Origin: an uncultured Bacillota bacterium | GTDB taxonomy: Bacteria; Bacillota; DTU025; MWDF01 | Assembly: GCA_963823655.1 (NCBI GenBank) | Contig: CAWGMK010000007.1 | Location: 128,001-192,000, forward strand | Length of the DNA: 64,000 nt | Reading direction: 5' to 3' | Shown here: piece after piece, positions 31,549 to 42,798 of the stretch | Numbering within the stretch: the first letter of the stretch is position 1 | Layout: every line of letters begins with the position of its first letter | Notes under the pieces: generated by a model | The model's input: the letters and a program-made list of their open reading frames with translations, nothing else | Database searches by the model: none | What the model was told of the DNA's origin: nothing | Made by a program: the position numbers and the translations under genes

Positions 31549-34500
31549 ATGTCCAAGCTTACGGGGCTGCTTGCTGATACCAGGGAATTTACCGACCTTC
31601 TTGCGGCCGCAGGGCCTTCAGGCAGGCCCGGCATTGCCCGCCTCACAGGGCTTTCCGGCCCTCAGAAGGCTTACGCGTTATCTGCCCTCGCCGAAGCCGA
31701 GGGCGGCCTTCTCATCATGACTTTCAACCAGACGGAGGCCGACAGGCTGGCCTCCGACATGAGGGCTTTTCTGTCGGGATCCCTTCCTGTATTCGAATTC
31801 CCTTTCAAAGACCTGCTGCCATATGAAGAGGCGAGCGCCCCTGCCGACCTTGTAGCAAAGAGGATCGCCGCTATGTCCGGCCTGTCGCGAAAATCCCCCG
31901 GCGTCTATATACTAGCCGCGCGCTCTGCCGCATACAGGCTTATGCCCCCGGACGCTTTCCGCGCCCTGCACCTGGAGCTGGCCCCGAATACCAGCATGGA
32001 TCCGCTGGACGCCGTGGCCAAGCTGATAGCGCTGGGCTACGAGAGGGTGGACAGGTGCGAGGGCGAGGCGCAGGTGAGCTTCAAAGGGGGAGTCCTGGAC
32101 ATCTCACCGGCAGGATCCGACTGCGCGATAAGGGCGGAGTTCTTCGGCGACGACATAGAATCCTTAAGATGCTTCGACCCCGAGACCCAACGCTCGGTGG
32201 GAAAGCTTGAAAGGGCGACAATCGCGCCGGCAAGGGAGATGTGCCTGGATAGCAAGACGCTTCTTGCAGGCATGGAACGCATAAGGGGGGCGCTTGAGAG
32301 CGCAAGGCAGGATGCGCTCTCCTTCCACGACGCCAAATCCAGAATCGATGCCGTGGAGGGCCTTGCCGAAAGGGTAGAAAAGCACCTCCAGAAGCTTGAG
32401 GATACCGGCAGATTCGACAACGACGAGCAATACATCGGCTATTTCTTCCCCAAGCCCTCGTCCATACTAGATTACGCAGGCGGGCAGCTTCTGGTCATTG
32501 ATGAGCCCGAAAGGTCCCATAACAGCCTCAAAGGCTATGACCGCGATGCTTCCGAGACCTATGCCAGCTTCGCTGAGCAGGGGCTCGTGCTTCCCGGCAA
32601 CATGGGGGCTCATCTTGGCGCCGGTTTCGTTGAGCTTGAGTCCCAGCAGATGAGAAGAGTTGAGCTCACAGCCGCCCCTGCGCAAGAGGAGGGGCCGAGC
32701 GACGTCCGTGAAGTGATGATGAGCATGCGCGAGCCCGCGTTCAAATCGGGGGACATCGCCGGCATCATCAAGGAAGTGGACAAAGCAAGGCGGCGCGGCT
32801 TTGCAATAGTAATCGCGGCTTCCACCCCCGAGAGGGCAGAGCGGCTTAAAGCGGCCTTCCTGGACGCTGATTCTATGGCCATGCGGGAAGAGTGGCATGA
32901 GCTGGTACCGTCCCAAGGCGCCATAAAGATAACGGTTGCAGAGATATCGTCGGGCTTCATCTCCAATCCGGCAAGGCTGATGCTGCTTACCGACACCGAG
33001 TTCTTCGGCACGAGCAAGAAGAAAAAGAGCTACAAACAATTCTCAGAAGGCGCCAAAATCTCAAGCTACAAGGACCTTTCTCCCGGCGATTACGTAGTCC
33101 ACCAGAGCCACGGCATCGGCCGCTATATCGAGATGAAGCCCATGCAGGCGCTTGGCGTAACAAGGGACTACATGGTTGTGGAGTACGCGGGCGGCGGCAA
33201 GATCTTCGTTCCGACCGAGCATGTGGCGGCCCTGCAGAAGTACATCGGCGGCGAGGATGCGGTGCCTAAGCTCAGCAAGCTTGGCGGGCTGGAGTGGACC
33301 AAGGCCAAGGACAAGGCCGGAAAGGCCGTGCGCGAGATAGCCGAGGAGCTGGTGCGACTCTATGCTTCGAGGCTTGCGGCGAAAGCCAAGGCATGCGGGC
33401 CGGACCAGCCATGGCAGGCGGACTTCGAGGACCGCTTCCCATACGACGAGACCCCGGACCAGCTGGAAGCGGTAAGGGCGACCAAAGAGGACCTTCAGCA
33501 GGAGCACCCTATGGACAGGCTAGTGTGCGGGGACGTCGGCTTCGGCAAGACCGAGGTGGCGTTGCGGGCCGCCTTCAAGATGGCGGCAGAGGGCAGGCAG
33601 GTTGCGGTCCTCGCCCCCACCACTATACTTTCCTACCAGCATTACAACACTTTCAAGGAGAGATTCGAGGGCTTCCCGGTGAAGGTGGCGCTATTGTCCC
33701 GGCTAACCAAGCAGGAGGATGAGAAAGCCATACTCAAGGAGGTCTCAAACGGCCTCGTCGACATAGCGGTGGGCACCCACCGCCTGCTTTCGAAGGATGT
33801 AAACTTCCGCGACCTGGGGCTTCTAGTCGTGGACGAGGAGCAGCGTTTCGGAGTCGAGCAGAAGGAACGCCTCAAGATGATGCGAAACGACGTGCATGTG
33901 TTGACGTTAACGGCTACTCCCATCCCCCGTACGATGCACATGTCCATGGTGGGGGCGAGGGATATGAGCCTCATCGGCACGCCTCCCGAGAACCGCTTTC
34001 CTATCAGGACTTACGTCACTGAGTACGACGATAAGATGATCAGGGAGGCAATATTAAGGGAGATCGACCGAGGCGGCCAGATATTCTACGTGCACAACAG
34101 GGTCAAGAGCATAAACCAGGTCGCGGAGGAGCTTTCGGGCCTGATACCGGAGGCAAGGATAGAGGTCGCCCACGGCCAGATGAACGAGGAGAGGCTGGAA
34201 GCCATAATCATGAGCTTCCTCAGGCACGAGTTCGACATACTGGTGTGCACAACCATCATCGAGGCGGGCATGGACATGCCCAATGTGAACACTTTGGTCG
34301 TCAACGACGCGGACAAGTTCGGCCTTGCCCAGCTGTATCAGCTAAGAGGCCGCGTAGGGCGATCAAGCAGGGTGGCCTACGCCTATTTGACATACAAGAG
34401 GGACAACATCCTCTCGGAGGCGGCCGACAAGAGGCTGGCAGCAATCAGGGAGTTTTCTACGCTTGGCTCCGGATACAGGATAGCTATGAGGGACCTGGAG

Positions 34501-35465
34501 ATTAGAGGCGCCGGCAACCTCCTGGGCAGGGAGCAGAGCGGGCACATCGCCTCGGTAGGCTTCGAGATGTACTCGGCCATGCTAGAGGAGGCGGTGCGAG
34601 AGCTAAAGGGCGAGAGGCCTTCGCTGCAGCCGGCGAGCGTTTCGATAGAGCTGCCGCTGGACGCCTACATCCCGTCTTCCTACATACAAGACCAGGCGGA
34701 GAAGATAGAAGTGTACAGGAAGATAAACACGATAGTGACGGCCGAGGAGGCAAAAGAGCTCGCAGACGAGCTAGCCGACAGGTTCGGAAGGCTGCCCAAG
34801 GAAGTTTTGAACCTAATTGCGGTGGCGGAGCTGAAGGCGATGGCAAGGTCCGCCTACATCGGCAGCATCTCCATGGAATATGAAGACAGGGGGGAGCCCC
34901 TGTTATCGCTTTGAGGTATGTGGACGGAGTGAAGCTCAACAGCGATAAAGATGCGGAAAGGTTGGCCGGGCTCTTCACGGGCATCATGCCAAAGCCCCTG
35001 TCGTCGACCGCTCCTATTTGGGTAAGATACGAGAAGATGAGCTCAGAGGAGCTAATAGGCACGCTGAAGTCGGTAATCAGGGAAGTCGGCAGGACATTCT
35101 TGAGGGATCTAACCTTCATTGACAACATGAGAGCGGGAGAGAGCCAAGATGAGGCGGTAAAGAAGGCGGCGGGGATCCTCGGCATAAAGATCCTTGAGGG
35201 CAAAGCGGCTGAGGCGGCAAAGGCCGAGGCCAGGAAGAATGCGCAGAAGGGGCCGAAGGCCGGCCCACGATATGATGCGCCTGAGCTTGCGCCTTCCCCC
35301 GCTACTGCCGCAGCGCCTGTCGCGGCATCTGCCAAGATACCTTCCACAGAAACGGCGAAGGCTTCGACGGTAAAGTCCGCGCAGCAGGCGGCACAGCAGG
35401 TGCCCTACAACAAGAAGCTGAGGCTTGCGGTCCAGAAAGAGCCGGAGAGACCCAAGGGCAAGTAG
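31549..35465 (+). CDS. mfd: Transcription-repair coupling factor; probable missing G in the G6 run at 34889-34894
   Basis: RID VVHQSHGIG, GDVGFGKTEVA, DEEQRFG, TATPIPRT, QLRGRVGR, RDLEIRGAGN; adding one G fuses it to ORF 34911-35465. Confidence 0.95.
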
Positions 35466-35541
35466 ATGGTAAAATATTGGTCTGTGCTGCCGAAACGGTT
35501 GGCGGACGAGGCCTTAAACGGGAATGATTGGAGCGGAAATT

Positions 35542-37092
35542 ATGGGAAAAGGCATGATCAGGATAATCGGTATGGGACCGGGCCCCAGAAAACTAATAGC
35601 GCCAGCTTCCATAGATGAGGCCAGGTGCTGCGACGTGGTTTTCATCAGGACATTGAGACATCCTGCATCCAAGGCTTTCGAGGAGCTTGGCCTGGGTACG
35701 AAGCTCGTCTCTTTCGATGCGCTTTATGACAAGTCGGAAAGCTTCGAGCTGGCCTATGAGGCGATGGCCGAAGCTGTGCTGAATGAGGCCCGGAGCGGAA
35801 AAGATGTGGCTTATATTGTCCCCGGAAGCCCTGCTGCTGGCGAGGTTGCGGTGCGGGAGATAATAAAGGGCGCGACTGAATTGGGCATTCCCGTAAGGAC
35901 GGTACAGGGAATGAGCTTCATAGACGCTTGCTGCCTTGCTGTAGGCTGCGACAGCCTTGTGGACGGCCTTGTCGTGATGGGGGCCTTCAGGCTCGATGAG
36001 CAGTGGCCCAAATCGTCCACAGGGGGCAGGTTGCCTTTCGCCGTCCCGCTTCTCATTGGAGAGGTATATGACAGGATGATGGCTGGTCTTGTGAAGCTTG
36101 CGATAGCGGATGCATACGGCGACGAGCACAGAATCAAGATCATCACGGCGGCCGGAGACATGGAGGGCCTCTCGGTAAGGGAGGTTCCTGCATATGAGCT
36201 GGACAGGCTGGATGGGTTCGACCACCTGACATCTGTGTATGTCCCGAGGAAGGCAGAGGCCGAAGCCGCGCGCCCTGCCGCCTGGCCCGCCGACAGGATA
36301 GTCGACATCATGGCAAGGCTTAGAGGCGACGACGGCTGCCCGTGGGACAAGAAGCAGGATTTGAAAAGCTTAAGGCCATATGTGCTGGAGGAGGCCTATG
36401 AGGTGGCCGAGGCCATAGACGAGGGCGACATGGACCATCTCTGCGAGGAGCTTGGGGACCTGCTCCTTCAAGTAGTATTCCAGGCAAGGCTTGCCCAGGA
36501 GGATGGGCATTTCGATTTCACAGACGTGGTTGACGCCATCTCCGAGAAGCTCATAAGGCGCCACCCACATATCTTCTCCGATGTCGAAGCCGATACGCCG
36601 GAGAAAGTGCTAAGAAACTGGGAGTACATAAAGCAGCAGGAGAAGGCCGCAAAGGCTCAGAAGGCGGGAGTTAAAACTTCCAATGGCGAGGAGGGTGAGC
36701 CGTCTCTGCTTGAAGGGATAGCCAATTCGCTGCCGGCGCTGTGGTATTCCTCCAAGATGCAGGACAAGGCCGCCAGGGTGGGCTTCGACTGGAAGACGCC
36801 CGAACAGGCGATGGTTAAAGTGCATGAGGAGATTGCGGAGGTCGAGGCGGTGCTCACCGGTCCGCACGAAGAGCTTGAAGAGGAGATTGGGGACCTGCTG
36901 TTCGCAGTTGTCAACGTAGCCAGGCTTGCGAAAATCGACGCCGAGGCCGCTGCGAAGAAGACCGCCGCCAAGTTCAAGAGGCGATTCATGTACATAGAGG
37001 CGGAAGTAGCCATGTTGGGCGAGAAGATAGAGGATATGGGCCTTGAGAGGCTGGATGCGCTCTGGAACGAGGCAAAATCAAAGGGGATATAA
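35542..37092 (+). CDS. mazG: YabN-type tetrapyrrole-methylase-like domain plus MazG NTP pyrophosphohydrolase
   Basis: IGMGPG, VPGSP, GCPWD, EEAYEV, EELGDLL, RRHPHIF, GFDW, EIGDLLF. Confidence 0.95.
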   Translation: MGKGMIRIIGMGPGPRKLIAPASIDEARCCDVVFIRTLRHPASKAFEELGLGTKLVSFDALYDKSESFELAYEAMAEAVLNEARSGKDVAYIVPGSPAAGEVAVREIIKGATELGIPVRTVQGMSFIDACCLAVGCDSLVDGLVVMGAFRLDEQWPKSSTGGRLPFAVPLLIGEVYDRMMAGLVKLAIADAYGDEHRIKIITAAGDMEGLSVREVPAYELDRLDGFDHLTSVYVPRKAEAEAARPAAWPADRIVDIMARLRGDDGCPWDKKQDLKSLRPYVLEEAYEVAEAIDEGDMDHLCEELGDLLLQVVFQARLAQEDGHFDFTDVVDAISEKLIRRHPHIFSDVEADTPEKVLRNWEYIKQQEKAAKAQKAGVKTSNGEEGEPSLLEGIANSLPALWYSSKMQDKAARVGFDWKTPEQAMVKVHEEIAEVEAVLTGPHEELEEEIGDLLFAVVNVARLAKIDAEAAAKKTAAKFKRRFMYIEAEVAMLGEKIEDMGLERLDALWNEAKSKGI

Positions 37093-37177
37093 CCGGAGGA
37101 TGCCAAATGTGAAGGCGCGGAGCTTGCCAATCGAGCCCCGCGCCTTTTCCTAGACAGTCATCTTAAAGCCAAGGCAT

Positions 37178-37976
37178 CTATAATGCCATGTCTCGCCTGC
37201 TGAAAATTGCCACCCCCGCAATATACGCCGCCGCGGCAATCACAAGAAGCACAATCCCCTGAACCATAGTAGATGAGCCGCTCATTATCCTCTCGGTGTC
37301 ATAAAGCGAGAATATCGTAAAATTCTTGAGCCAGGCCAGCTTGTCACCTACATTGGACAGCATATGTATGACATAGAAGCCGAGAGGTATGCCTGAGCCC
37401 AGTGCCGATGACACTTTAGCCTCGTCGAAAGAGCAAGAACACAGGAAGCAAATTCCTGAAATCGCCAAAAACAGGAAGAAAGCGTTGTAATTCAGAATTC
37501 CAATACTTGGCTGTCTCCAAAAGCCCCGGGAAGCTGGCCTCGCAGAATGCATAGCCTCCTATCGCCACAAGGCCGAACAGCAAGCCCAGGCTAATCACCA
37601 GGAACAGCGCCTGTGTGGATGCTATTCGGGATCTTTTCATGGGGCAGGAGAGTAAATACGACATGGAACCCCTGTCCACATACTTGGATATAAGCCTGCC
37701 GGAAAGCACGATGCTATAAATCATGGGGAACATCAGGATTATAAAGCCGAAGTAATAGCTGGCCATGAAGTCAGTTAGCGTTGAGCCCAGGTCATCGAAG
37801 CCCATTGCAGACAGAAGCTGCTTGGGCATCGAGGCTAACAGGTCTTTCATGGCATCCATGCTGGCCGGGTCGTACATCATTGAAATGACCGACATGTACA
37901 TCAGCATGATGGCCAAAATCACAGAGAACAGGAACCAGTTGGATTTGATGTCGAGCTTTATCAGCGGCCGGTTCAT
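37178..37976 (-). CDS. ABC-2 type exporter permease; indel near 37498
   Basis: VDRGSMSYLLSCPMKR, multi-TM, C-terminal FSRRDM in a second frame. Confidence 0.85.
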
Positions 37977-38857
37977 CTTGCCACCTCCTTCCCGTAATAC
38001 TTGAGGAACACCTGTTCAAGGTCCTTTCCTCCGACATACAGCCCCCGGACGTCGCATTTCGCAAGCGCCCTGAAGAAAGTGTTGAAATCCCCTGTCACGG
38101 CCACTTCCAGCTGTCCGTCGTTCTCGCGCAGAATTTCTATTCCAGCCGCCCTCAGCACTTCAGCGCTTTCACGGTCGCCGAGCGACACGATGTACCCGGT
38201 CCTCTGCTCGGCCCTGAGCTTAGCCATCTCCTGCACAGCTACCAGCTTGCCCTCCCTCAGGATGGCGGCCCTGTCGCATGATCGAGCGACCTCCTCGAAG
38301 TTGTGGGAGGACATGAAGAACGTCTTTCCGCGCTTCTTCTCATCGAGAACCAGCTCTATGAATTTGTTCTGCATCAGAGGGTCAAGGCCGCTGGTGGGTT
38401 CGTCCAGTATGTACGCCGCAGGGTCGTGGGCGAAAGCTGCGATTATTGCAAGCTTCTGCCTGGTACCCTTCGACATCCTCCTGATTCTGCCGGAAAGGTC
38501 CATGTCGAACCGGTCACATAGCTCCCGGGCCCTTGCGCCAAGGCGGACGCCTCGCATCTCGAGCATGAACTTCAGGAAAGCTTCCCCCGTCATCTCGTCG
38601 AAAAGTGCGATTTCACCCGGCAGGAATCCAAGGTCCTTCTTTATGGCAGCCGCATCTTTCCAGCAGTCCAGCCCGTTTATGCTGGAGCTTCCGGAATCGG
38701 GCTTCATGAAGCCCATTAGAAGCCTGATTGTTGTCGTCTTGCCGGAGCCGTTGGGCCCTAGATAGCCGAAAGCCTCGCCCTGTTTAATGGAGAAGTCGAG
38801 CCCGAAGACGCCTTTGCCGCCCTTGTAAGTCATGGAAAGACCCATGGCCTCTATCAA
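37973..38857 (-). CDS. ABC-2 type exporter ATP-binding protein
   Basis: GPNGSGKTT, MSKG, LDEPTSGLDP, SSH. Confidence 0.93.
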   Translation of the reverse strand: MIEAMGLSMTYKGGKGVFGLDFSIKQGEAFGYLGPNGSGKTTTIRLLMGFMKPDSGSSSINGLDCWKDAAAIKKDLGFLPGEIALFDEMTGEAFLKFMLEMRGVRLGARARELCDRFDMDLSGRIRRMSKGTRQKLAIIAAFAHDPAAYILDEPTSGLDPLMQNKFIELVLDEKKRGKTFFMSSHNFEEVARSCDRAAILREGKLVAVQEMAKLRAEQRTGYIVSLGDRESAEVLRAAGIEILRENDGQLEVAVTGDFNTFFRALAKCDVRGLYVGGKDLEQVFLKYYGKEVAR

Positions 38858-39060
38858 AATGCAACACCTCCGACGTAAATGTGCGGATAATATGATACAA
38901 GTATTCTACACCGCAGTCGGCATAAGCGCAGAACATCATTGCCGGCGCCCTAATAATCCATTGAGGATTAGATGCTGACATCAACGCATTCCAAGGGTTT
39001 ATAATAAATAAAGTATGGGATTTGAATCGCACCTGTTTTTAGAATCGGAGGGCTAAGCGC

Positions 39061-39943
39061 ATGTTCGGACGCAGCAAGGATAGAAGGGCCATGAGGGCGA
39101 AGTACGGTTCCGTCGCACAGAGGCGGCCGGCCGCAATACTCGCTGTTATCGGGCATTTTCTTGCAGCGCCCTTCATTATGCTTGGAGCTATTATTTCGGG
39201 CAGCATCGTGCCCGGCCGCAGGCACATAGTCTCCGTTCTTATAATGCTGATGGCAGCGGTCGCGTTCTCATGGGCGGGCAGCTTCATCGTAGACGGCTGG
39301 ATGGACGACAACCTTGAGGCTCTTGGCAGGTATGACGAGGCGCTAATTGAAGTCAGGGACATACCTTTTGCGGACGTAATCAACCTGGAATCGGTCCGCG
39401 CGGGCGTGGACCCGGCCCTTGTTGCGGCTATGATCTCACAGCACAGTGGCTGGAAGTCCGAAAGCGTGTCATGGCGGGGCGGGCGCGGGCTCATGAACGT
39501 CACCCCTTCGGTCTGGAGGCAGTTCAATCCCGAGGCAAAGTGCGCGGGCGAGCATGCCCCGCCCAAATGCGGGGACGATTGCATCTATGATGTGGAACTT
39601 AACCTCAGGACCGGCGCGTCCTATCTGAGGAATGTCATAGACATGTACGGCGGGCGAATAACGGTGGCCCTTGCAGCTTACGCAAGCGGCATAGATTATG
39701 TTGAGGCGTATGATGCGGCAGGCGGCGAGGGAGAGCCTCCGGCACCGGCATTTCAGCGAATACTACGGCACTTTGCGGCAGGTGCTCACTTTCTGGCGTG
39801 AGGCGCGCTCGGCAAAGGGCTCAGACGATGTTGCGGCAGCTTTAAGGCTTATGAGCATCAGGCGGATTTCAGGTTATGTGGCCCTGGCGCTTGCGGGTTT
39901 AACGCTTCTGTGGGCCGCGGTAAGATACAGACCGGGGGCGTAG
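39061..39943 (+). CDS. Membrane-anchored SLT-type lytic transglycosylase-like protein; indel near 39751
   Basis: VDPALVAAMISQHS, GRGLMNV, NLRTGASYL, ALAAY; C-terminal TM lies in the 39698-39943 frame. Confidence 0.8.
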
Positions 39944-39951
39944 AGTAAAGA

Positions 39952-40254
39952 ATGGCAGACGACAAAAGGCGGGCAAAGCTGGAGAAGACCGGCTACATAG
40001 TAAGCATTACGATCATTGTGGTGTGCCTTCTGGGCATAACCATCTCCTCCATGTGGCGCCTTTCGGAGATAAAGAAAGAGACCGCCCTGCTTGAAGAGCA
40101 ACTGGCTTACTGGCAGGATAAGCTTGCGGAGATAGAAGTGGCGATCAAAGAGGCCACAAAGGACGAGACTGTCGAGAGGATAGCAAGGGAGAGGCTTGGC
40201 CTTGTAATGCCCGGCGAAACGGTCTACATGCCAAGGGAGAATGACGAGCAGTGA
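39952..40254 (+). CDS. divIC: Septum formation initiator DivIC/FtsB
   Basis: Single TM, coiled coil, ERIARERLGLVMPGE. Confidence 0.9.
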   Translation: MADDKRRAKLEKTGYIVSITIIVVCLLGITISSMWRLSEIKKETALLEEQLAYWQDKLAEIEVAIKEATKDETVERIARERLGLVMPGETVYMPRENDEQ

Positions 40255-40310
40255 TCGATCTTTTCGCAGGATACAAGTCCGATGGTTTGTAAAATAATAC
40301 ATATGAACGT

Positions 40311-40339
40311 TTGACTGCGTGGTATAGTTGGAATATAAT
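40311..40339 (+). promoter_or_regulatory. SigA-type promoter of the S1-domain gene
   Basis: TTGACT-17 bp-TATAAT. Confidence 0.75.
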
Positions 40340-40385
40340 TGCGAGAAAGTGCGTATAATTATTAATTTTCTGGAGGGCTGAATTG

Positions 40386-40793
40386 ATGGTTCCGAACGTC
40401 GGTGACGTGATAAGCGGCAAAGTAACAGGCATTACGAAGTTCGGGGCCTTTGTGGATATCGGGGGCGGGCGCACCGGCATGGTGCATATATCCGAGATCG
40501 CCGATGAATATATTACGGAGATCGGGGACCACCTTCACATCGGGGATATCGTCAACGTGATGATCATAGGGATAAACGGCGAGAAGGTAGGGCTTTCAAT
40601 TAAGCAGACGCTGCCCAGCTTCGTACAGAGGCAGGAGGCCAGAAATCGGGCGAGGGATGCGGCTTCGATGGCGAATTTCGAGGACAAGCTTGCGAAATTC
40701 ATCAAGGACAGCGATGAGAGGCACTCCGACCTAAGAAAGAGCCAGGACTCCAAAAGGGGCGGAAGGGGCAGCCGAGGAAGCAGGATGTTCTAA
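40386..40793 (+). CDS. yabR: S1 RNA-binding protein (YabR-like)
   Basis: GKVTGITKFGAFV, GMVHISEI, FEDKLAKFIKDSDER. Confidence 0.9.
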   Translation: MVPNVGDVISGKVTGITKFGAFVDIGGGRTGMVHISEIADEYITEIGDHLHIGDIVNVMIIGINGEKVGLSIKQTLPSFVQRQEARNRARDAASMANFEDKLAKFIKDSDERHSDLRKSQDSKRGGRGSRGSRMF

Positions 40794-40855
40794 TAGGAAA
40801 AACAAATGCCGGACGCCTGGAAATAGGGTCCGGTTTTTATTTTAGAAGGGATTAA

Positions 40856-41416
40856 ATGAAAGCTTGGCTTGAGTGCGCAGACTGCAGATGCACAAAAGGA
40901 TCGGATATAGAAATGGCGAGACGGCAGCTGGGCAGGGAGCCTGAGGGCATGACAGGCGTCGCCGCCAGGTGTTCATACGGTGCGCCAGTGGTCCTTGTAT
41001 GCTCTCCGATAATTATCAGGGGCTCGGGGGCGGCGGAGCCTTTCCCAACCCTTTACTGGCTCTCATGCCCGCACCTTAAAGAGAGGGTTGGCTCATTGGA
41101 GGGCGGCCCCGCATTTCCAATGATCAGAAACATGATCAATGAAGACGCTTCGTTTAGAGAAGCACTTACAGAATCTTCGGACGCCTACAAAGCTAAAAGA
41201 CGCTTGCTATATGAAGGGCTGCAGAGCGAAGTAAAAGCTATGATTGGCGGCAAGGCGACCGAAGACCTGCTTGGCGCAGGGCCCGGGGGCGTTAAGGATC
41301 CCGTGAACCTCAAATGCCTGCATATACACCTTGCCAATTACCTGGCCGGCATGCAAGATCCTGTGGGGCTCGAAGTGGCCAGGATGCTAAAGAAGGAGCA
41401 GACGGATTCCAACTGA
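40856..41416 (+). CDS. DUF501 family protein
   Basis: QLGREP, PFPTLYWLSCP, KCLH. Confidence 0.88.
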   Translation: MKAWLECADCRCTKGSDIEMARRQLGREPEGMTGVAARCSYGAPVVLVCSPIIIRGSGAAEPFPTLYWLSCPHLKERVGSLEGGPAFPMIRNMINEDASFREALTESSDAYKAKRRLLYEGLQSEVKAMIGGKATEDLLGAGPGGVKDPVNLKCLHIHLANYLAGMQDPVGLEVARMLKKEQTDSN

Positions 41417-41559
41417 AAAACACCACATAAATAGGCCCGTTTAATTAGTCCTAAATATCCCAATCCCCCTTCCATTCTGCCAAATAATTAGGATAATATA
41501 CAAATATAGGCATAGATACCGAGACGTCTCCAATCTGAGACCGGACCGGAGGATTTCTT

Positions 41560-42687
41560 ATGTTTGCCAGCTTCCGGCGAAAGGCAACTTTCACTGCCCT
41601 CCTTTCTTGTGCGATCATCGCGCTGCTTGGCTTCCAGGCGGCTGCATGGGGCGCGGAGCTGCATCTCTCCTGGACTTACCTGTATGCTTTGGGCAAAGGG
41701 TACGGCCATCAGGATTCATACCTGCTGGGAATGCTCAATTATGACATAGACATAGGGGATACCTCGTCGTTTCCCATCGCTGGAACGCCCGAATTCCATT
41801 TCGATTACATGAAAGAATCGAAAAGGACCGGAATAGACGCAAGGGACAAAATGGCCGTTAAGCACATCCTCGCCTCCTGGAAATGCGCTTTTGAAGGTGA
41901 TGACGAGGGCTTTCTATATAACACGGCGGCAGCTCTGCACCCTTTGCAGGACAAGGACGCTCACTTAGATAAAAGCATCCTCTACCATGCCTTCCATTTC
42001 ACTCTCGGAACCATAGTGTACGGCGATGGATGGTATTACAGCTGGCTTGACGATCCCTTCTCGGACAATGTGTTCACCAAGAAGATGAATCCCACCGTAT
42101 ATTCGGAAAGGGCAGTCAAAAGCCTTCGCAATACCGATTACGTTCTAGAAATACAAAAGCCCCTTTACGACTTGGTGAACTCCGAGAACAGGGCGGCGCT
42201 CGTTTCCGAGCTGATCGAAGGGTGGTCCGCGGACGCGGCAAAGGGCCTTGGTCTCGGATGGGATGAGGTTATTGCGGTGGCGGGCATAGGAGGCGGCATT
42301 GCATCGGATAAGTACACTGTGCCGGTGAGCAGATACTGCCATGATTACGACTTCGCAGAGATGGCGCAGGGCGGATCGGGGCTTGTTTCGGCCTCCGCCC
42401 CATCCGAAGGGGAGGGCGGCGAGGCACAAGTGCCCGAGGTTCGCACAAGCTTCTCCATTTTGGATGCCAACCTGGCGCTTGCGCTGGAAAGGTACATGGA
42501 AACATCCATTGCCGGGTTTTTCGAAATGAGGGCCGAGTGGGAGGACGCAATAGGGATCATCGACGAGGCGGACCCGATGGACTGCCTGGAGACAATAAGG
42601 GAAGTGTTCATAAAATCCGCTCAACGTGCCATCTGCAAGGCCTTGATTGAAGATGAGCTTGCTAAGCTAAAGCTTGAGGCCCGATGA
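41560..42687 (+). CDS. Secreted protein with phospholipase C / P1-nuclease-like Zn motifs
   Basis: Signal peptide then WGAELH, NYDID, FHF, LHPLQDKDAH. Confidence 0.6.
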   Translation: MFASFRRKATFTALLSCAIIALLGFQAAAWGAELHLSWTYLYALGKGYGHQDSYLLGMLNYDIDIGDTSSFPIAGTPEFHFDYMKESKRTGIDARDKMAVKHILASWKCAFEGDDEGFLYNTAAALHPLQDKDAHLDKSILYHAFHFTLGTIVYGDGWYYSWLDDPFSDNVFTKKMNPTVYSERAVKSLRNTDYVLEIQKPLYDLVNSENRAALVSELIEGWSADAAKGLGLGWDEVIAVAGIGGGIASDKYTVPVSRYCHDYDFAEMAQGGSGLVSASAPSEGEGGEAQVPEVRTSFSILDANLALALERYMETSIAGFFEMRAEWEDAIGIIDEADPMDCLETIREVFIKSAQRAICKALIEDELAKLKLEAR

Positions 42688-42798
42688 CAGAAGCTGTGGC
42701 CCAATAAAAAGCGTTATGCTCCCATTCAAGACGGCGTTGATCGACTTTAACCGCCCTGAGAAGGAGCATATCAATAGGTAAGTATCCCGATCTTTGGC

